Shown in pieces: positions 23,353 to 35,000 of a DNA stretch of 64,000 nucleotides (position 1 is the first letter of the stretch; the number at the start of each line of letters is the position of its first letter). Below the pieces are notes generated by a model. The model made no database searches. It was not told where the DNA came from and saw nothing but the letters and a program-made list of their open reading frames with translations. Position numbers and translations under genes: made by a program. The stretch lies in assembly GCF_000143415.4 (NCBI RefSeq), contig NW_003314300.1:1533014-1597013 (forward strand), written 5' to 3'. This stretch comes from Selaginella moellendorffii. Taxonomy: Eukaryota > Plantae > Lycopodiophyta.

Positions 23353-24496
23353 ATGCCAGGTCCACTATGGATCGTAGTGCTCCTGGTCGGTTCTAGCACT
23401 CTCATCCTCCTCTTCAGGCAAAACTCCATCGCTTCATTCACAATGATCCTCTCCAAGTTCCCTACCACAAGATCCCAAGACTTCAAGATCCCTCCAAGAG
23501 TCGATCCAACCCAGGCCCTTTCCAGAGTTCCCCGGATCCGAAGCTCCATCAGCGACGCCACGCGATCGCGCAATTGCCTCTGGCACCCCTCCAATGGGGT
23601 CGACGATGACTGCTGGAACGCTCTCCGGCGGGATCAGTACCTGCGCAGCCTGGACGAGCTCTACCAATCCCCGGACGAGGAGCTGGATCGATTCAAGCCC
23701 AACTCCAACTGGCAGATATTCGATCTCATCACGCCCACGTACCACTGCGACGCGAACTCCCTGCAGAGGATCGGAGCTTCCGGCGATGGCGGCAAGTGGC
23801 TCTGTGGTCCGATCCGAGTCCTCGGCCCCAAGTGCGTGATCTTCTCGCTGGGATCAAACAACCAGTTCGATTTCGAGGAGGCGATCCACGCACACACGAA
23901 TGGCGAGTGTGAGATCCACACTTTCGATTGCACGGGGCAGTGGTCCAACCCAAAGACGAGCTTCCATCCGTGGTGTCTCGGGGGAATCGATGGAAAGGAT
24001 GAACATGGCAGGATTTTCAAGAGGCTTAGCACTGCCGCGAGAGAGATTGGAGTGACGAGCATCTCTCTTCTCAAGATGGACATCGAGCATGGCGAGTATG
24101 AGGTGTTCGAGGGGTTTAAATCCGAGAACGAGGTAAGCTTCCATGGTTCTTGGCGTGAAGATTTCTAGTTGAGTTTTGAGTTGTTTGCCAACTTTTTCTC
24201 GAGTTTCTTGCATGCCGTACAGGAGTTCTTGCCCGACCAGATCCTGTTTGAGCTCCACACAATATATTATCCGTCGAAAACGAGCAAGCACAAAGACGAT
24301 TGGCCGCGAACAATCATGGATCTCGTCCGAGACATTGACGCCATGGGGTATAGCTTTGCATTCCAGGAGAAAAATTTGGTATCCAGTAAGTCTTGGAGTT
24401 TGATCATCTTACACAACTCTAAAGTTTCATTTCTTGCGTTTTGCAGCGTGTTGCACTGAGTACGTCATCGTACGGGACAGGCCCAAACAAATGTGA
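23353..24496 (+). CDS. METTL24-like methyltransferase, copy 3 (exons 23353-24132, 24223-24385, 24447-24496)
   Basis: Same motifs and introns; core nearly identical to copy 2; telo-box at 23333. Confidence 0.85.
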
Positions 24497-24708
24497 TATG
24501 CTAAGCATATTTACTTCCCGGAGAGGAAATACTGGAGTCTTGCATTGGTTGCTCTGTGACCCTGAAACGAGCTAGCCAAGATCGATGAGCTCAAATCTCG
24601 GATGGGCCTGGGCGAGGATATCATGCTCATTGTCGATGGCGCCGTCAAGAATACTATAAACTTTAAAAGGTGGCGATCCTTTAGGGTTTTTAGGGCTTGT
24701 CGGAAGAG

Positions 24709-25816
24709 ATGAAGTACACGAAATTGGGGAGCACGGGCTTAGAGGTGAGTTCTTTGGGTTTTGGGGGAGCACCGCTTGGGAGCGTCTTCGGGCCCGTGAG
24801 CGAGGAATCGGCAATCGAGAGCGTCCGTGAGGCGATTCGCCTTGGCATCAATTTCTTTGATGTTTCTCCGTAAGAAACACGGAGCTTCTTCTAAGTTTCT
24901 AAAGTGGAAGATTGATCTTTCCTCCAGATGCTATGGCAACGCAGAGACAGTCCTGGGAAGAGCTCTCGAGTCCATTCCCAGGGAGAAGTTTGTCGTCTCC
25001 ACCAAGTGTGGAAGATACAGCGATGGCTTCGACTTTAGCGCGCAGCGAGTGCTCAAGAGCGTCGACGAGAGCTTGGAGCGATTAAAGCTGGACTACATCG
25101 ACATCATCCACTGCCATGACATCGAATTCGGCTCGCTCGATCAAGTAAGATAGCTTAGCAAAAGTCTTATCTGGAACGATACCTCTCTTCCCAGGTGATC
25201 TCCGAGACGATCCCAGCGCTGCTTGGCTTGAAACGACAAGGCAAAGTCCGCTTCATTGGAATGAGCGGACTTCCACTGGCCATCTTTCGCTACGTCTTGG
25301 ACAGAGTCGAGCCTGGAACAATCGACGTTATTCTATCATACTGCCACTACTCCCTCAACGATTCCTCGCTCGAGGGTCTAATTCCGTACCTCAAGGACAA
25401 AGGAGTCGGGATCATCACTGCTTCGCCACTCGCCATGGGATTACTCACGGAGTCTGGTCCTCCGCAGTGGCATCCAGCGCCGGAAGAAATCAAGGTACTG
25501 CTAAGTTATAGAACTTCGGTGTGGAAACCTTTCTTCTTCTTTTTCGTAGGAAGCTTGCGCCAAGGCTGCTACTCACTGCAAACTCAAGGGTCAGAACATC
25601 TCGGAGATGGCATTGAAGTTCTCCCTCTCAAATCCAGATATCGCAATCACTCTAGTTGGAATGTGTACTACCCAGCAAGTCCACGAGAACATCAAGGCAA
25701 TGGACAATCTCGAAAGGAGCTCTGTGGACTGCGAGAACATTCTTGACGAAGTGAAAGAGATTCTCGCTCCTATCAAGAACAAAACGTGGCCCTGCGGAAG
25801 ACCAGAGAACAACTGA
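24709..25816 (+). CDS. GalDH: L-galactose dehydrogenase (aldo-keto reductase, ascorbate pathway), multi-exon
   Basis: MKYTKLGSTGLEVSSLGFGGAPLGSVFG...GINFFDVSP; STKCGRYSDGFDFSA; HCHDIEFGSLDQ; DVILSYCHY; ASPLAMGLLTESGPPQWHPA; C-terminal KNKTWPCGRPENN. Confidence 0.92.
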
Positions 25817-25892
25817 GAAGACCAAGCTCGTCAAATCTTACCTTCAAAATAATTTTCTAGCTGAAGTAAGTTCTTTGCTGCTTTTATGATAT

Positions 25893-27137
25893 CTAGCAAC
25901 TTGCACTAAAAACCTGGAGAATTGCCAAACATTAACGACGGCTAACAGAATAAGAACAAGCAAACCTGTACAACATTGTGGATTGTGATGTTGAGGTACT
26001 GAGCCCGAATCGATTGCTTAAACACGGTCACCTGAATCCAATCTCTCGTAAGGCGAAAATATGTGACGTTGAATTCACCTTGGACAGGACGATGACTGCT
26101 CCTGGCACAATGTCCCTGCCGAACTCAGTCTCGGCAAGCACTCTCTTGTGGACGGTTCCACCAATCGTGCCTGTCGGATCCTACTCCAGGAACTTTGCTC
26201 AAATTATGTTTTCTTTCCATGACGACTGTACCTTGAGTGTCACAAAAGCGTCTCCGCATCCATTTGGAGTACACGATTGGATTATCGCAAGCAGCTGATC
26301 GAGAAAACCATGTAAACTACGGGGTAAAGAAGATGGTCGTCCAGATAATGGCAATATAGTTTACCTGGGGAATACGTTCGACACAAGGGGATGACTTGAT
26401 ATGGCTGATTGTGGAATCACGGCGTGAGTACTTCACTGTCGTGGAAATCAAGTCATGAAAGAGAGAGAAGAAAGAAACAAGATGAGCTTACCCGGATCAA
26501 TCTCGCCGATCTGACAGTAGCGAAGGGCCGCCAGCCACGCAGAACTTCTAAAGTCCGAGTGATCAAAAGGATTTTCTTTGCGCGAAACTTCGCAAGGCTC
26601 TGATCGTTTTATGCCCAGCTGCATGGCCCCGGCTGGTCCTGGAATCGTGTAAGCAAGCTTTTGTGACTTTGCTCCAAAAATCTCTGGAGCATCAAAGTCG
26701 TTTTCTAAGCTCCGTTGTGGAGGTTCTTCGTCGGCTCTTGCAGGACTGCTGGCAACGTTGAGAGTCCTTGGCACAGTCCAGTCAAGACTATCCTCCATGT
26801 CCAGGAAATCCAAGAACATCGGCTCCTCTGATGCGGTCTTGGCTTTCTTCTGGACGTTACCTTGATCGTTTTCTCGCAAAGATCGCTTGGCACTCGTGCC
26901 TAAGATCCTTGCGCTCTCTCCAAGGCCGAAATCCCGGAAATCAGAGCGGCTCGAGCTTGGATTTTCTGGAAGAGGCGAGACTGCCCGATCGCTACCCGCA
27001 AAACCCTGACGGAAATCTGGAGTTGTTGCTGGCGCTGCCGTGCCAGCTGCTGCGATCGAATCACTGACCTCTGCTCGATCGCCATTCTTGAGGAACTCGC
27101 CAAGATCGAAGTCTACCTCAAAATCTTCGAGATCCAT
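25893..27137 (-). CDS. HROB: HROB/C17orf53/MCM8IP-like OB-fold protein (DUF4539), multi-exon
   Basis: IPGPAG; DF.S.AW..AL; GDAFVTLK|DPTGTIGGTVH..VL....G..I..GAVIVL..V; YLNIT..NVVQV. Telo-box at 27140 directly upstream of the ATG. Confidence 0.78.
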
Positions 27138-27324
27138 AAAAACCCTAACCCCCAAAAAAGATGCAAGAGAATATCCAGTTTTCAAAAAGATGCCAGAGAA
27201 TATCCACTTTATGATCCTGACACAGCATCCATGTGGCTTGAGCTTGTCCTGCCACGTAGGCGAGGGCTAGAAAGGCGCTCTTTTTTCTTTTTTCTCTTTT
27301 CTCGGGCGATAGTAGAATGCTGGA

Positions 27325-29150
27325 TTGATTGTTTCCATTCGATGCCCTAGTTTCAATCCTTCCATAGCTCTTCGCCTGGAAGAATCGTCGGCATCGTCAT
27401 CCGTGGTCGCGGCGCCATCGACCACAGCAATCCAGGTGAGATTTCGCCGGATCCGTCCAGCAGCAGCGGCATTGGGCAGCATTTCGTGTTGCGATCCGGG
27501 GAGGTGCAGCTGTAGGGTTTATAGCGCTTTGCCAGGTTTTTCACACAGGGAATGGATCTCTAGAAAGGATTTCCAGCACTCGAGCAGCATATCTTTGAGA
27601 AGGAGAATGGTTTCCAGTGCTCTATCGCCGGGGGATGATTTGCCAGACGAGTATGAGAAGGATGATCCTTCAAAGAAGGCCATGCCCAGAAGAGCTGGGA
27701 TTATTTTGCATCCTACTTCATTGCCTGGACCGCATGGGATTGGAGACCTTGGTCCAGACGCTTTTAGATTTCTCGATTGGCTCGAGTCTACTGGATGTCG
27801 CATTTGGCAGGTATTCTAGCTCTTTGTTTCGTTTGTCTTTGAATCATTCACTTATAGGAGCTCAAGTTTTTGTTCTCGTAGGTTCTGCCATTGGTACCTC
27901 CTGGGAGAAAAGCCGGAGAGGATGGATCGCATTACGCTGGACAAGTAAGCGGCGTTTTTCTTTCATCCGAGTTCTTATGTTTTGCGATTGACAGGATGCT
28001 AACTGCGGGAATACTCTTCTGATCTCGCTGACTGAACTCGTCAAAGATAGTCTTCTGGAAGAAGAAGATATTCCTGAGGCTATGTAAGCTGGCTTCTTTT
28101 CTTCCTTCGGAAATGACTTGTTGCTTACAGACCTGTCGAGAAAATTAACTATGAAGCTGTAGCCGAGCTCAAGGATCCACTGATTCAAAAGGTCTGCCAG
28201 TTTCGTTTGCATCACCGCTTTATTCTTTCCCGTTGTTTCATAGGCTGCAAAGAATTTGGTGCAAAATGGAGGTTCGTTGAAGAAGGATCTCGAAACTTTT
28301 CGAAAGAGCCCCCAAATTGCATGTAAGTCCATGTTGTGCTTTTTAATGGATGCTCTAATCATGCACCAAATGTAGCCTGGCTGGAAGAAGCTGCTTTATT
28401 TGCAGCTATAGATTCACATCTCGATGACGGAGCCTGGTGGCTATGGCCAGAGCTCTACGAGATAGAAACCCTTCGGCACTAGATAAAGCTCGGAAAGAGC
28501 ATAAAGACTTTGTAAGAACAAAGTGCTAGTTGTTCTAGTTCTAACTCGTTCTATTACAGATTGACGTTTTTATTGCGCAACAATTTTTGTTTCAAAAGCA
28601 GTGGCAAGCTTTGCATACGTACACAAATGAAAGAGGAATCAAGATTATTGGCGACATGCCGATTTACGTAGGAGGCCATAGTGCTGATGTTTGGGTCCTT
28701 CGGACACAGTTTATGATGGTACGCTTCCATTTTCTTTCTCAAATACAAGGAAGAACTCAATATCTCGCAGGACGAAAATACATGCGAACCAGTTCTAGTT
28801 AGCGGTGGTCCAAATATTTTTAACTTGTCTTTTAGTAATTTTCCAGCCCTTTATACAACTGGAAAGCGATGGCAAACGATGGCTACAAGTGGTGGACCTC
28901 AAGAATGAGGCGTGCTTTTAAGCTTTATGACGAGTTTCGAATCGATTACTTCCGTGGGCTTGCAGGATGCTGGTTATGTCTAAAAGAAGACTGCATATCG
29001 AGATTTTTGCTGACATTTTTACGTTGCTTAAACAGCTCGCTAGAAAGTGATGCCGAAGACCTGGTATATCCTTTTGAAAGAGAAGGTAGCGCTCATGCTA
29101 AGCGCAGGGTGTCATAACGAGTGATGAGTTTTTAGTTGTTGGGCCTGACC
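27325..29150 (+). pseudogene. DPE1: Plastid 4-alpha-glucanotransferase (D-enzyme, GH77), degenerate and truncated copy
   Basis: RRAGIILHPTSLPG..GIGDLG, IIGDMPIYVG.HSADVW. No in-frame ATG before the transit peptide; -1 frameshift near 28451; GVPPDAFSETGQLWG segment missing near 28806; RIDHFRG changed to RIDYFRG; C-terminal third absent. Confidence 0.85.
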
Positions 29151-29289
29151 GTTTGGTGGGCTGGACCAGTTAGGTTAAACGGAATCTAAGGAGGGTTTTT
29201 GGCAAAAGGGGGGATTGACAAGCGGGTGTTCACACTTAGGTTCCTGGATTGTCATCCTTGTTTCTAGGAGTCACATTTTCAATCGCTAC

Positions 29290-29390
29290 AACAGTCACCT
29301 GGATCCAAGACAAATCTCTCGTAAAACGAAATGATGTACAATTCACCTTGGACAGGAGGATGATTGCTCTGAACTCAGCGCAAGCACTCA
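29290..29390 (-). pseudogene. Degenerate duplicated fragment of the HROB gene (exon-intron-exon)
   Basis: gtcacctg..atcca..atctctcgtaa..aattcaccttggacagga.gatga.tgctc..gaactcag..gcaagcactc matches 26022-26143 in the same orientation. Confidence 0.75.
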
Positions 29391-29469
29391 GGAACTTAGT
29401 GCAGTAGTAAGCACAGTGTAAACGCGCGCCGGATCTCTTGTGAGGCGTCTCTTAGGGTTTTTGGTTGAG

Positions 29470-30818
29470 ATGTGTGCCAAGCGTAGCCGCGATTATGTCA
29501 CGGTAGAGGAAGCAAGGGAGGCGGTGAAGACCATCCTCGACATGAATGAAGACGATGTCTTCATCAAAGGCAAGTCCACTCTCCTGCCATATCCAGGCAT
29601 AGGAGACCCGGTTAATAGGCCTCCGGTGGAGCTCAACTACGTGGGTCGCGGGAACACGTTGTTTGAGCTCCTGGGCACCTGGATTTCTGGTCGTGAGGTT
29701 TTGATCGTCGGTCCCAAGGGCATTGGGAAGTCATCCGACTTTCGAGCCATGGCGTGTGTTCTCTACAAGTGGCTCAACACTCCCGACGACGAGGAGAATC
29801 GAGAGAAGCGCATGCATCTCCAGTTGCGTGAGGGTGTGAAGTACCGGCCAGTTTTTCTGTGGGCAGAGACGTTCCTGATCGATCATGTAGAGGCAACCAA
29901 GAACGCGCTTCTCTTCTCATATCTTGTGGACGAGATCAGGCAAGTCGACGGCTGGCAAGAGACTGAAGCTGCCATCGCGAGCATCGTGTCGATGGAGGAG
30001 GCGCTTGGGTTTATCAAGGAGCGCAAGAAGAACAAAGCAGAAGTGTTTTACTTCTTTATAGACGGAGGCGAGGCACTTGATCCAAGTGATTTCCTTGGGA
30101 AGCCAGTGTATGACCACGATGCAAAGTCTGCAGCGAAGAAGGATCTGCGCGTCCTTTTGAGCGCGGGTACAAGAATTTGTTGGTGCACTAGTCCGAAAGC
30201 AGGTATTTTAAGCAGGAAGAATCAATTGCCATCGTTCACTTATAAACGCCAGAAAGCTGTCTTTGACGAGGTAAGAAGCTGCCAATATTTTGTTCATGGG
30301 TTTCATGCTTGAAAGCTTTGTTTCAGGAAGAGTATTCCACCTTCTCTGGAAATTGCGTGCTTGGTAAACTTCCAGCTCGTCGTTCCAGCATCGAATACTA
30401 CACTGGACTCGTCCCGCTTTTCCTTGATGCTATGTCCGCCTGCTGCGAGACTGTTCTTCGAGACTTGGCGCTCGCTGAAAGTGACACACTTGCAGGCATG
30501 CCGTCGTGGATGCAATATGGTCGAAGGAAGACTTTACAAGCAACCGATGAAATGATAACGATGTTGAACGACGAAGATGAGTATTGGGATCGCGTTCTAC
30601 GGGCCTTTACCCAACACAGTGAGATTGATGAGGTGCGGAAAAAGGCCAGTAAGATACAAGTACGAGGTGCGTGCAGAACAGATGCAGACATAGCACGTCT
30701 GGACCCGAGTTACGTTCTTGACGCCAGCACGGGGGAGTACTGCTCCAGCTACATCAAGAGGATCTACTTGAATGTGGTGCGCGAGAAAGAAGACAGTGAA
30801 ACACTAATGTTTCACTAG
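29470..30818 (+). CDS. P-loop NTPase resembling Crinkler/RHS (CR) effector NTPase modules (~430 aa; exons 29470-30270, 30327-30818)
   Basis: Walker A LIVGPKGIGKS followed by AMACVL; RPVFL; ALLFSY; Walker B FYFFIDG; later IEYYTGLVPLFL. In-frame GT-AG intron. Confidence 0.55.
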
Positions 30819-31029
30819 TTTGCTTTGATTTTATCATAAAAGACCTCTTTAACCTAATGTAAAACATCCTTATATACAGTATTAATTGTAAAATTGTGCT
30901 GTTTTGAATCTGCCCGGATATTTGATTGCATTGGAATTTCCTTGCGATCAGATGGCTCTATCCATCTTGAATGGGTCTGACAGCATAACTGTGATGTGTT
31001 GGATAAAGGATTATCCCTTTGAATTGCCC

Positions 31030-31552
31030 GCAATTTATCCCTTTCAAGGGATATATTTAACTTTCTTATTTTAATAATAAGTCTTGGGTAGTCTTTTTGG
31101 AGTCAAGGCCCTAGCACCAAATTGTTCCTTTGTCCCTCTGGGTTGGATAGTTAAGGAGTTGGGAGTGGCTACCATGCAATCCATTGAGCTCGATACCCAT
31201 TGTTATACCCATGTAGCCTTGAAATTGAGTACAAATTGCACCAGAGTTCACCATTGTTTTTGTTGAACTAAAGAAAACCTAGGCAATGTAATTGTACTAT
31301 CTAGACCTTGAAAGCAGTTGAAGTCATATTTGATCAATGTAGGGCATGATGGTAATGATGCGTTAATATTCCTTGAGAGTTGTGAGAGGAGAATTTATGC
31401 TAAAGGATAGCAAAGATTTAGAGGAAATTGATAAGAGAATTGAGGGCAACAATAGGGAAGGTTAAGTTAGGTAGTAAGTAATTAAATTTTCCATTTTACT
31501 TTAGTCATTTAGTTACACCTCTGACCACTTAGAGAAGTTTTTCTCACAACCT
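31030..31552. repeat. Dispersed repeat, probable LTR family B
   Basis: 31030-31092 resembles 44808-44872; 31476-31552 resembles 41493-41570; the 31170 region resembles the 41317 region. Confidence 0.55.
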
Positions 31553-33349
31553 TAATAAGTTTTATGTTAATCTATGTTGATAACATTTTTATTTTTAAAT
31601 TGTAATGTTTAGATAAGTGTGTTCAGAAGGAATGTTTAATTGCATTTTATAATTTTAACTTTCCTGTGGGCTTGATATATTTGTATGAATTTATAATATT
31701 TTCTTTGGAAAATTTTTTATATGGTAAAGGTAGTAAGTTTTTCTGTGTAACCTCATTTTGTTATTTATATCATTTAAAACATACTCATAATGAAGAATTG
31801 GATACTTTTGTACAAAATTTTCTAAGAGAAAGTCTTTAACTTTGTCCCATGGGTCCTTTGGAGTGCAAAAGACATAAAAAGAACACAAATAATTATCTAA
31901 ATTATGAAAGCATTCTAAAAATCAAGCATTTTCTAAATATATATTCTATTTAACATTATCAGCCTAAAGCCCCATAATACTTGTAGCTTGCTTAAATGTG
32001 TCCTAATAAATATTATTAATAGTTTCTAAATTTTAAAAATGATATATCACTTTTTTTGTTAAGATAAAAAACTACAACTCAGTATTAGGTGGATAAACTG
32101 AATAAATTCGAGATATAACAGTTTTTAAGCATCGAATTTGCTAAAAAAGAATTTCTATAATATATAAGCATATTTAAATTAAAATATTTTGTTAACATTG
32201 TATATTTCAGTTTAAATGCTACTTAATCATTACCTTCTAAAAAGAAGATGAACAAAAAGAGTTTTCATGTTCTTTCTAATAAATGTTTTTATAAAAGATA
32301 TAAATCCTATATTAATTTTCAAATTTGTGAAACAGTATAATGCATTTATTCATAAAATTTAAGATTGTGACACTATTGAAAGTCATCAACAACTTAATAT
32401 AATAGTTTAAATTGAGGTAAGATTTCCAGTTTTTTAACATGCATTATGTGTCTGCCTAGAAATAATACAAAGCCTAATTAATACAGATAATAGATATTAA
32501 AACAACCATGTATATGTTTTGAATTTAAAAAGTCTTATAATACTCTAAATATATATCAACACTAAATGTTGTTTTAAAATTCATTTCTTTTGGAAAACCT
32601 TTCAAGCAAGTATCATATATGTAAGGACTATTTGGGTTTAAAGGTTTATTTATGTATCATGTGAGCTGTGATTACTTCAAAAAATTGTATCTTGAAAGTT
32701 AGGTAAATGAGGTACTATATATTGATCAATAGCACCATAGATACAAATTTTATTATCATGATCTTTTTAAAATATGGGAGTCCTCTTCTATAGAACTCAA
32801 TTATATATATATATAAGCTATATGTTTTCCAAATATATAATTTTTTTATTAATAACATTTTGAAAATTTTAATTTTGATATAAAATGCTCTAGAAACTAA
32901 TTTATAAAAATTTTTCTAGTCATTCATTTAATTTCAAGTTTTCTATGATTTCAATTTATTTAGTATTACATGTAAAAACATCTAACCCTACCAAAACTTG
33001 ATGACAAAATAACAATTCTACCTAGAATAGTATTTTAAGTTGTCAGTTGATTTGCGACATAGTCCATAATGTCTATATATATTGCAACTTAAAATTGTTT
33101 TTTTATGAGTGCAATAATAAATAAAAGTATTTCTTTCAACTTTTACATATATATCAACTATAAATTGGAGGCATGCATATTATTGGAGCAATATAGTATA
33201 TCTTAAACTTATTTTTGTGCCAGTCTTTATCAAACCTATTTTTATTTAAAATTAATTTTTTATGTTAAATTATCATAATTTATATATAGGTGGTTTGAAT
33301 GAAAAATAGCTAAATTTATTTTAAATATTAGATACACAATTCACTACAT

Positions 33350-35000
33350 TATTATACCCTTTGAAGGTCTCCATCTCCAAGATCTTTTCTTAATCCAAAA
33401 TTCACCACCTATATATTCTTCCACTTTTGCATATTGCCAAGACATTTTTATCCTTTCCACTTACCCTAACTCTCACTTTAGATGCTCCTGCCTTGCTACA
33501 AATTTTTGTGCCTATGCATGATGCCAAAAACTAATATATTAATTAATAATACCAATAATCACTAAGGCATGGTCTTTCAGTTAATTAACATGATGGCATT
33601 AGAGATCCTAAAGGTAGTATTAGATTGTCATTCTTATATATTTAAAGAGCTCAATCCATTAAGGTGGAACTCAAGTATTATCTCATATGTTTCGTCTTGT
33701 ACTGCATTATTCGAATATTATTTCTGATAGTAAAATCTAATTAAAAGTGGATTTGAATGGCAAACAAACTCAACACTTTTGGCATTAAAGTGCCTTTAGC
33801 TATGTTACAAATTTTAAATTTCTTCATTAATTCTAAAGTAGTGGAATAATTTAAGTGTTGAAAAGAATGGCTAAAAAGACCATCCACATCTTCATCAATG
33901 TGCCCAATAATTTGTAAAAAATACTAAAAGGTATCAAAATACATACTTATTCTTGTTTTTAATTCCAAAATTATTAATTTGTAACAATAAATGTGAAAGT
34001 ATTGATTTAACTATGGGAGGATATAAAACACCTCGTGAAATATAATTACACTACCTCCAGAATTTTAATTTTTTTTAAAGAATATAAGGTCTTCCATTTT
34101 TTTTATGTTCTTTTATTGCATTAGTTGACTTCTTGCTAACAAGGTTTTCCATCCATGATTGCATTACAAAGGGTTTTATGTCCAAAAGTGCTTTATGAAG
34201 TGGTTGAAAAATAAACATTTCTAGTTATTCCTTTCTTATATAAGATTAAAGATGCTAACATTAAGAGATAACATGATGGCTTTTGAATACCACCTATTCA
34301 TTCCTTCTTCATTATATAATATGTTAAATGTGTAATATCATAAAAAATTCACTATGGATTATAACAGACAATAACTTTGTTGAAAACCATTCCTCCTTTC
34401 ATAAATCACTCTTTTCAATTGATGATGAAAAGTTACAACTAAATTTCTTAAATAAAGAGTTGAATCAATTCACTCATTCTAAATATATTTGCACTTATTG
34501 TATTAATAACAACTCCTCTTGTAACAATCAATTGTGAAAATCATTTGCACCTTAATAAACTCTTTCCAAGTGGAATTATTTCAATTTTAAGGTGAATTGT
34601 TACTTTTTCTTATTTTTTGAATAAAACATTATTTATTTTTTCTCCAGTTTTCACAAAACTCTAATTATTTAACTACCCCACTATCATTATTCTCAAAACC
34701 AAACTTCATATCTTGAAATATGATTCAATAAAGCTCCCAACAAATAATTTCTCCCTAATTTAGTCTACAACCACTTTTGAGAATATTCAAAACTACACCA
34801 ATGTGTTTTAAGACAAGCTCTTAATTGCTAAATAATCTTTCAAATAAACCACTATCACTATATTCTCAGCTACATTTTTATTGTTGTAGTATTTTAAAAT
34901 AGTTTTTGCATGATTCTATGTTAACCAATTTTTAAGGTCAACCTCTTTGATGTTCTTTGTAACACATATAAGACCTAAATTCCTAAGTCCCAAATTGAAA
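33350..35000 (-). mobile_element. Heavily eroded Ty3/gypsy pol relic
   Basis: Minus-strand remnants MKFGFEN (~MPFGLTN), INNVLF (~LDDIL) and KWKG (chromodomain-like) in an AT-rich, stop-riddled stretch. Confidence 0.4.

Noticed and set aside
20014-25816. Biosynthetic gene cluster (methyltransferases + L-galactose dehydrogenase)
   Set aside because: GalDH is a cytosolic housekeeping ascorbate enzyme; adjacency in such a compact genome is not evidence.
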